64,000 bases of DNA from a virus: IMG/VR virus record IMGVR_UViG_3300032245_000762, positions 4,111 through 68,110 of that record; one strand, given 5' to 3'. The position numbers were made by a program, and so were the translations under genes. A model generated the notes under the pieces. It saw only the letters and a list, made by a program, of their open reading frames with translations, was not told where the DNA came from and did not search any database. Below are positions 57,884 through 64,000 of this stretch, one piece after another; the first letter of the stretch is position 1, and each line of letters starts with the position of its first letter.

Positions 57884-58806
57884 TTAAAAGTATTGGTTTA
57901 GATATTGTTGGGGAAACATCTAATGACTTTCTATGTTACTGCCCATTTCATTCTAATAGGCATACATCTAGTTTTAGCGTAAGCAGAGAAAAAGGCGCAT
58001 ACATATGTTTTAATCCAGCATGTGGGGAAGCTGGAACATTATTAGAATTAGTAAAGCGTGTCATGCATAAAAACGACTTTGAATCCATGAGATTTATTTC
58101 TGCTAAAGAAACAGAAGCACTAGAAAATTTTGATGAATTATTATCTGAAGCAATGGAAGATAAACCAATGTTTGAACAATTTTCTAAAGAAACATTAAAT
58201 AAACTTCACACAGATATAATTGCAACAACTGCTGGCAAAGATTACTTTCTTTCTAGAGGGATCAACAATCAATCTATTATTGATTTTGAATTAGGATATT
58301 CTCAAAATATGAATATGGTTACAGTTCCTGTCCATAGCCCAGATGGCATAGCAATTGGAATTGTTGGAAGATCAATTGAAGGTAAAGATTTCAAAAATAG
58401 CACCAACTTGCCAAAGAGCAAAACTCTATTTAACATTCATCGTGCTAAAAAAATTGGAGATCACATAATAGTTGTTGAGTCTAGTTTTGATGCTATTAGA
58501 GTTCATCAAGCAGGGTTTTCAAATGTAGTTGCAACTTTAGGTGGATTTTTATCAACTGAGCAACAAAAATTATTAAATAGACACTTTAATAGAATAACTA
58601 TAATGACTGATGCTGATCAAGCTGGTAGAGAATTAGGTAAATCAATATCTAATAAATTAAGGATGAAAGACATCTTGTGGGCCTCTTATGAATATGGTAA
58701 GATATATCCTCATGATGCAAAAGATGCTGGGGATATGACCGACGAGGAAATTAAATCCTGCATAAAAAATGCGGTTTCAGATATTGAATATCGCACTTGG
58801 TTATGA
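57811..58806 (+). CDS. dnaG: DNA primase (CHC2 zinc finger plus TOPRIM)
   Basis: CPFH...SF.V......CF...C, IVGR, VVESSFDA and MTDADQAG..KDAGD. Track start is 57760; ATG 57811 is likelier. Confidence 0.9.
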   Translation: MAIRGYDTRKVDSTQYSPAHIKSVIKSIGLDIVGETSNDFLCYCPFHSNRHTSSFSVSREKGAYICFNPACGEAGTLLELVKRVMHKNDFESMRFISAKETEALENFDELLSEAMEDKPMFEQFSKETLNKLHTDIIATTAGKDYFLSRGINNQSIIDFELGYSQNMNMVTVPVHSPDGIAIGIVGRSIEGKDFKNSTNLPKSKTLFNIHRAKKIGDHIIVVESSFDAIRVHQAGFSNVVATLGGFLSTEQQKLLNRHFNRITIMTDADQAGRELGKSISNKLRMKDILWASYEYGKIYPHDAKDAGDMTDEEIKSCIKNAVSDIEYRTWL

Positions 58807-58812
58807 TACAAT
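58804..58812 (+). promoter_or_regulatory. extended -10 promoter for SSB
   Basis: TGATACAAT, followed by a leader hairpin GACGG-N7-CCGTC. Confidence 0.45.
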
Positions 58813-58861
58813 AGTAATGCAGACGGATATATACCGTCAACTATAGAGAAAAGAGAATAGC

Positions 58862-59530
58862 ATGGGTCTAGTAAAAGGACTAAAAGATTTAAATAAGGTT
58901 ATGGATAAGCCACAGTCATCAGGCGGAGACGGATCCAAAGCTCGTTGGGTAAAGTTAGAAGATTCAGAAAGTATTAAAATTCGTTTTCTTCAGGAATTAG
59001 ATCCTGATTCACCACACTATAATGAAAAAATTGGTTTGGGATTTATTGCTGTTGAGCATACTAATCCAAAGGATTACCGTCGTAAAGCTTTGTGTTCAAT
59101 TGATGATCAAGGCAAGTGTTGGGGTTGTGAACAACATCGTAAAGATTATAAGGCTGGCTGGAAAGGTCGTTCTCGCCTATACATCAACGTTCTTATTGAT
59201 GATGGCAAGGAAGATCCATATGTTGCAATTCTTTCACAAGGTTCAAGTGGAAAAACAATTACTCCTACACTAATTGAATATGCTGGAGAAATGGGAAGCA
59301 TATCTAATTTAATGTGGCGTATTAAGCGCACAGGAACTAAGACAGATACAAGCTATACAATTATTCCATTACAAAAAGATGAGGCTGCATTTGATGCATC
59401 CGCACTTGAAATGTATGAGTTGGAAAAAATTGCTGTTCGTGATTTGCCATATACCGAACAAGAAGCTTTTTTCAATGGTGAAAATAATCAAGAGGAATCG
59501 TCTGCTACATCTAGTAGCGTAGACTGGTAA
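58862..59530 (+). CDS. single-stranded DNA-binding protein (gp32-like)
   Basis: IRFL, H...C......C.GC zinc site, IKR.G...DTSY and an acidic tail ending in Trp; sits among replication genes. Confidence 0.7.
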   Translation: MGLVKGLKDLNKVMDKPQSSGGDGSKARWVKLEDSESIKIRFLQELDPDSPHYNEKIGLGFIAVEHTNPKDYRRKALCSIDDQGKCWGCEQHRKDYKAGWKGRSRLYINVLIDDGKEDPYVAILSQGSSGKTITPTLIEYAGEMGSISNLMWRIKRTGTKTDTSYTIIPLQKDEAAFDASALEMYELEKIAVRDLPYTEQEAFFNGENNQEESSATSSSVDW

Positions 59531-59536
59531 TTGGTA

Positions 59537-59559
59537 GGGGCGGGAAACCGCCTCACTTT
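59537..59559 (+). terminator. hairpin after SSB and before the tRNA
   Basis: GGGGCGG-GAAA-CCGCCTC followed by ACTTT. Confidence 0.55.
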
Positions 59560-59632
59560 ATCAGAGTAGCCCAGCGGTAGAGGCGGTAGACTTAAAATCT
59601 ACAAAGCGTGGGTTCGAATCCCACTTCTGATA
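59560..59632 (+). tRNA. trnL: tRNA-Leu(UAA) with a short variable loop
   Basis: Acceptor ATCAGAG/TTCTGAT plus discriminator A; D-arm GCC..GGTA..GGC; anticodon arm GTAGA-CTTAAAA-TCTAC; T-arm GTGGG-TTCGAAT-CCCAC; CCA not encoded (CAA follows). Confidence 0.9.
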
Positions 59633-59650
59633 CAAGTAGAAAAGGCGGAG

Positions 59651-59857
59651 ATGATTAACTTAGAGATACCAGATCCATTCATGGACTTTGTTACAAATAA
59701 ATATAAGAATTACACTGGAACCGTTTATGATTTTTTTGCTAGAGAATGGCATTTTACTTGCAGGACATGTAAAGAAAAAATGTATGCTCCTACTAAAAAA
59801 ACAATAACAAAAACTAGACTTTATCATACACGCAATATATGTTTGGGAGGATACTAA
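59651..59857 (+). CDS. small C2H/C zinc-finger-like protein
   Basis: CRTC....H....C; stop coupled to the polymerase ATG. Confidence 0.55.
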   Translation: MINLEIPDPFMDFVTNKYKNYTGTVYDFFAREWHFTCRTCKEKMYAPTKKTITKTRLYHTRNICLGGY

Positions 59858-62800
59858 TGAGTTTTACTCACTTACATGTTCACTCGTATTATTCATTGAT
59901 GGACGGTTTAAACTCTCCTAAAGAATTATGTCAGGCCGCTCTAGATGCTGGACAAACTGCAATTGCAATAACAGATCATGGAACATTAGCTTCTCACCGA
60001 GATATGCAAATTGCTGCTAAAGAATTAGGTATCAAACCAATACTTGGAGTTGAAGCCTACATTTCTCCAACAGATAGATTTGATAGATCGTCAAAAACAG
60101 ATAAGTCTATACAAGCATACAATCATATTATTTTGTTATCAAAGAATAAAAAAGGTCTTGATAATATTAATATTCTTCAAGAACTAGCATGGAATGAAGG
60201 CTTTTACCATAAGCCTAGAATTGACAAAGAGGTTTTAAATGAATACAAAGAAGGCATTATTGTTCTTTCTGGATGTCTTAATGGTCTTATTTCGAAGTGC
60301 ATTGAAAAGGGTGAGTTCAAAGAAGCAAAGCTTATCCTACAAGATTTTAAGAAAAATTTTGCTGAGGATTTCTATATTGAAGTGCAGTCTCACAATCCCC
60401 AAGAAATAAATTCAAAGCTTCTTGAGTTAGCAGATGAACTTAAAATTAAAGCGGTGGCAACAGGAGATGCTCATTTTGCAAAAGGTGAAGATAAAATTTT
60501 AGAAGAAGCAATGTTAATTTTGTCTACTTCTCCAAAATCAGATAAAGATGCAGATTTTGATATGTCTAGAAATATGAATAATATGCTAGATAGATTTAAT
60601 TATCTTTATCCAGATAGAAGAATTTCTTTTCAGGATATGAATTTATTTATTCAGACAAGAAATGAAATTGAAGCAGATTTTATTAAATCAGGGATTAATC
60701 GAAAAGACATTTATGATAACACCATGGAGATATCTGATAAAATTGAAGAATACGACTTTAACAGGGGGCTAGATCTTCTGCCAGTCCCTAAGACTGATGC
60801 TGACGTAAAACTCCGTCAAATGGCTTCTGAGGGCCTTAAAAGGCTAAGATTAGACCAAGACCAGACCTACATAGACAGATTAGATGAAGAATTAAATATA
60901 ATTAAAGATAAAAGCTTTGCCTCTTATTTTTTAGTTGTAGCAGATATGATTAATTGGGCTAAGGAAAATAATATTAAAGTCGGCCCAGGCCGTGGTTCGG
61001 CAGCTGGATCTTTAGTCTGTTATTCATTGGGAATTACTGATGTAGACCCAATCAAATACGACTTACTATTTTTTAGATTTATTAATCCAGAGCGTAATGA
61101 CTTTCCAGATATTGATACCGACTTTGAAGATCGACGTCGTAAAGAAGTAAAGGACTACCTAAAGAAAAAATTTAAACACGTTGCTTCTATTTCAACATAT
61201 ACTTATTTTAAAGATAAAGGTGTAATTAGAGATGCTGCTCGTGTATTTATGGTGCCATTGCAAGACGTTAATCGTGCATTAAAATCAGTTGATACTTTTG
61301 AAGATTTTATTGAATCTCCAAATACAAAAGAATTTAGAATGAAATATCCAGAAGTTACTTGGTTAGCAGAAAGATTACGTGGAAAAATTAGAAGCGTTGG
61401 AGTTCATGCTGCTGGAGTAGTTGTAGCTAAAGACGACATTAGAAAATATGCTCCGATTGAATCTAGAGAGGATGCACAAGATAAAGTTTCTGGTCGCATA
61501 CCAGTTGTGGCATACGATATGGATACAGTTGCAGATATTGGTTTGATTAAATTAGACGCTTTAGGATTAAAAACTTTATCTGTTATTTCTGATACATTAT
61601 CTTCAATTAAGAAAAAATACGCAAAAGATATTAATCTTTCTTCTATGCCTTTGGATGACGTAAAGGTTTATCAGATGTTGAATGAAGGATACACTAAGGG
61701 TGTATTTCAGGCGGAAGCTACTCCATATACTAATTTATTAATGAAAATGGGTATAGATAAATTTGAAGATCTAGTCGCATCAAACGCCCTTGTTCGTCCA
61801 GGTGCTATGAATACTGTTGGTGCTGCTTATATTAATAGAAAACAGGGTAGAGAAGCAGTTGATTATAGTCATACTATAATGAAGCCTTTTACAGAAAATA
61901 CATATGGTGTTATCATATACCAAGAGCAAGTTATGCAAGCATGTGTGCATTTAGGCGGCATGACTTGGTCAGAAGCTGACAAAGTTCGTAAAATTATTGG
62001 AAAGAAAAAGGATGCAAAAGAATTCGACCAGTTCAAGGATAAGTTTATTATTGGGGCTTCAGAGCACATTTCTAAGAAAAAAGCAGAAGCGTTATGGCAC
62101 GACTTTGAAGCACATGCTGGGTATTCGTTCAATCGTTCCCACGCTGTTGCTTACTCTATGCTTTCTTATTATACTGCTTGGCTCAAAACTTATTACCCGC
62201 TGGAATTCATGTTCTCGATTCTTAAAAATGAAAACGACAAAGACGCCAGAACAGAATATTTAATTGAGGCAAAACGTCTAGGTCTTAAAATATTACTGCC
62301 CCATATCAATGAATCCGAATTAGATTTTGCTATTAAAGAAAATGCAATTCAGTTTGGATTAACAGAAATTAAATTTATATCAGATAGCATTGCAAATAAA
62401 ATAATAGAAAAGAGACCATATGAATCGTATGCCGATTTCGTTCAAAAAGCCTCTGCCAAAGGTAGTGGCATTAATAGCAGAGCTGTTTCTGCTCTTAATA
62501 ACATTGGTGGCGCTGCCTTCCAAGATAATCCTAGGACAGGAAAAGAAAAAGAAAACTATTACGAATACTTAGGAATTCCTACTTTTAATTTAGATCTGCC
62601 TCCAAGAATTAAATCACAGGCAAGACCAATTCAAGAATTTGATGACCTGGGTTCATTTGTTATGTTTGGAATGGTTAAAAGCATTAAACGTGGAACTGGT
62701 TGGGCAAGAGTTGAGTTAGTAGATGAAACTGGATCAATCGGACTATTTCATAATGAGCAGACTCAAATTGAAACTAATCAGATGTATTTTATTTTAGTTG

Positions 62801-63123
62801 GAGACAATCGTATTGCTAGGTATATCAAGGTTGGCGACATTGATCCTAAAGGATCAGATCTGTTTGTTGATTATCTTTACAGAAAAGAATATGATTTAGA
62901 GGATGATGAATTATTAGTATTAAACCACACTCCATATAAAACAAAAGCTGGGAAAATGATGGCTCATATAGTTTTTACAAATAGAGATAAAGAATTAACT
63001 AGAGCTATTGCTTTTCCAGCAATGTATAAAATGGCTTTAGCAAAATTAAGAGAAGGAATGAAATGCAAGGTAACGTTAGCTAAATTAGATGACGGAACAT
63101 TAAATATAAAGGAGATAAAATGA
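59857..63123 (+). CDS. dnaE: DNA polymerase III alpha subunit (family C)
   Basis: PHP domain HLHVHSYYSLMDG / ITDHG / GVEAY; GPGRGSAAGSL, FPDIDTDF, HAAGVV, KLDALGL and YSFNRSHA. No intein. Confidence 0.95.
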   Translation: MSFTHLHVHSYYSLMDGLNSPKELCQAALDAGQTAIAITDHGTLASHRDMQIAAKELGIKPILGVEAYISPTDRFDRSSKTDKSIQAYNHIILLSKNKKGLDNINILQELAWNEGFYHKPRIDKEVLNEYKEGIIVLSGCLNGLISKCIEKGEFKEAKLILQDFKKNFAEDFYIEVQSHNPQEINSKLLELADELKIKAVATGDAHFAKGEDKILEEAMLILSTSPKSDKDADFDMSRNMNNMLDRFNYLYPDRRISFQDMNLFIQTRNEIEADFIKSGINRKDIYDNTMEISDKIEEYDFNRGLDLLPVPKTDADVKLRQMASEGLKRLRLDQDQTYIDRLDEELNIIKDKSFASYFLVVADMINWAKENNIKVGPGRGSAAGSLVCYSLGITDVDPIKYDLLFFRFINPERNDFPDIDTDFEDRRRKEVKDYLKKKFKHVASISTYTYFKDKGVIRDAARVFMVPLQDVNRALKSVDTFEDFIESPNTKEFRMKYPEVTWLAERLRGKIRSVGVHAAGVVVAKDDIRKYAPIESREDAQDKVSGRIPVVAYDMDTVADIGLIKLDALGLKTLSVISDTLSSIKKKYAKDINLSSMPLDDVKVYQMLNEGYTKGVFQAEATPYTNLLMKMGIDKFEDLVASNALVRPGAMNTVGAAYINRKQGREAVDYSHTIMKPFTENTYGVIIYQEQVMQACVHLGGMTWSEADKVRKIIGKKKDAKEFDQFKDKFIIGASEHISKKKAEALWHDFEAHAGYSFNRSHAVAYSMLSYYTAWLKTYYPLEFMFSILKNENDKDARTEYLIEAKRLGLKILLPHINESELDFAIKENAIQFGLTEIKFISDSIANKIIEKRPYESYADFVQKASAKGSGINSRAVSALNNIGGAAFQDNPRTGKEKENYYEYLGIPTFNLDLPPRIKSQARPIQEFDDLGSFVMFGMVKSIKRGTGWARVELVDETGSIGLFHNEQTQIETNQMYFILVGDNRIARYIKVGDIDPKGSDLFVDYLYRKEYDLEDDELLVLNHTPYKTKAGKMMAHIVFTNRDKELTRAIAFPAMYKMALAKLREGMKCKVTLAKLDDGTLNIKEIK

Positions 63124-63311
63124 CGGAAGCGTCAGATATATTTGAAACTATGAATGCTACACGTATTCTTGTGGCTATATTAAAATCTAAGGGTGAGATG
63201 TTAATACCATTAGATGAATTTGTAAACTCAAATAATCAAGACCATGATCTATCTGTAAATTATGATGAAGATTTAAAATCTTTTAGTTTTAAGATAGTAG
63301 ATAAAAATTAA
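63120..63311 (+). CDS. hypothetical protein
   Basis: SD AAGGAG and ATGA overlap with dnaE. Confidence 0.55.
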   Translation: MTEASDIFETMNATRILVAILKSKGEMLIPLDEFVNSNNQDHDLSVNYDEDLKSFSFKIVDKN

Positions 63312-63317
63312 CAATAA

Positions 63318-63326
63318 TGATATACT
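63318..63326 (+). promoter_or_regulatory. extended -10 promoter for recA
   Basis: TGATATACT. Confidence 0.45.
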
Positions 63327-63348
63327 AGGCAAATAGAGAAAGAGTAAA

Positions 63349-64000
63349 ATGACAGACTTATTAGATGGAATATTAGCTAAATTAGATCCAAAAACAAGAG
63401 CAAGAGTTCAATCTGCTCAAGATATAAAAGTAGAAAAGCAAGCAACCCCAAGCATTGGATTAAATGTGGCCCTAAAAGGTGGTTTAGGATTCGGAAGACA
63501 GGTTTTGGTATGGGGAAATAAGTCTGCAGGTAAATCATCATTCTGTTTACAAATGATTGCAATGGCTCAAAAAAATGGCAAAACATGTGCTTGGATTGAT
63601 GCAGAAGCATCTTATGATCAATCATGGGCTGAGCAATTGGGAGTAGATTCTTCTTCCCTTATTTATTCTTCAGCAAAAACAGTAAACGACATGGTAGATG
63701 TTGCAACTAAACTTATGGAAGCTGGTGTTGATATTATTGTAGTAGATTCAATATCAGCATTACTTCCTGCTATCTATTTTGAAAAAGACGGAAATGAAAT
63801 GAAAGATTTGCAAGACACTAAGCAAATCGGCGCTGAAGCAAAAGATATGACCCACGCAGTCAAGATGTTAAATTATGCAAACAAAAACACATTACTTGTT
63901 CTCATCTCACAACAACGAAATCAATTTGGATCTATGCATGCTAGTCACATCCCCACAGGTGGCATGGCAGTCAAGTTCTTTTCTTCCACTGTCATTAAAC
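63349..64000 (+). CDS. recA: RecA/UvsX-like recombinase, partial (runs off the window; absent from the ORF track)
   Basis: Manual translation from ATG 63349: TPSIGLNVALKGGLGFGR, Walker A WGNKSAGKSS, AWIDAEASYD, IIVVDSISAL, ISQQR and GG.AVKFFSS. Confidence 0.9.
   Translation, partial: MTDLLDGILAKLDPKTRARVQSAQDIKVEKQATPSIGLNVALKGGLGFGRQVLVWGNKSAGKSSFCLQMIAMAQKNGKTCAWIDAEASYDQSWAEQLGVDSSSLIYSSAKTVNDMVDVATKLMEAGVDIIVVDSISALLPAIYFEKDGNEMKDLQDTKQIGAEAKDMTHAVKMLNYANKNTLLVLISQQRNQFGSMHASHIPTGGMAVKFFSSTVIK

Noticed and set aside
2311-63123. Inteins or introns in nrdJ, dnaB or dnaE
   Set aside because: Lengths and motif spacing are normal; no intein splice-junction or LAGLIDADG signatures seen.
63377-63625. 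82-aa minus-strand ORF
   Set aside because: Antisense to the RecA-like gene, which the track missed because it runs off the window end.
1-64000. Stop-codon reassignment
   Set aside because: Long genes are intact in the standard bacterial code; TAA, TAG and TGA all end genes; the tRNA anticodon UAA reads Leu TTA and is not a suppressor.

Overview
The whole window is an AT-rich segment of a large tailed dsDNA phage genome with a siphovirus-like layout (tail tube, frameshifted tail chaperone, 2263-aa tape measure). The gene set (class II RNR, DnaE, DnaB, primase, gp32-like SSB, RecA), leaderless promoters, a PASTA domain and tRNA-Leu(UAA) suggest a low-GC actinobacterial host; this is inference. 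Order: small minus-strand genes and a secreted lysozyme-like protein; GT4, NrdJ, NDP-sugar dehydratase and holin; a ~21 kb accessory fibre/decoration island (5.5-26.9 kb); portal, protease/scaffold, capsid, neck and tail (27-54 kb); replication module (54-64 kb). The standout is the island. Two fibre genes end in the same cap domain, and each is followed by a protein with a (Pro-Pro-Phe/Tyr-Phe)n tail ending FFTR. These two modules bracket a separately transcribed block of six prolyl-hydroxylase-like 2OG-Fe(II) oxygenases (one apparently inactive), two DUF6065-like proteins and a GT4. A GT60/Skp1-hydroxyproline GlcNAc-transferase-like gene lies just downstream. This looks like a phage-encoded proline-hydroxylation/O-glycosylation pathway co-located with its own virion substrates. 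All family calls come from motif recognition by eye; no database search was run.
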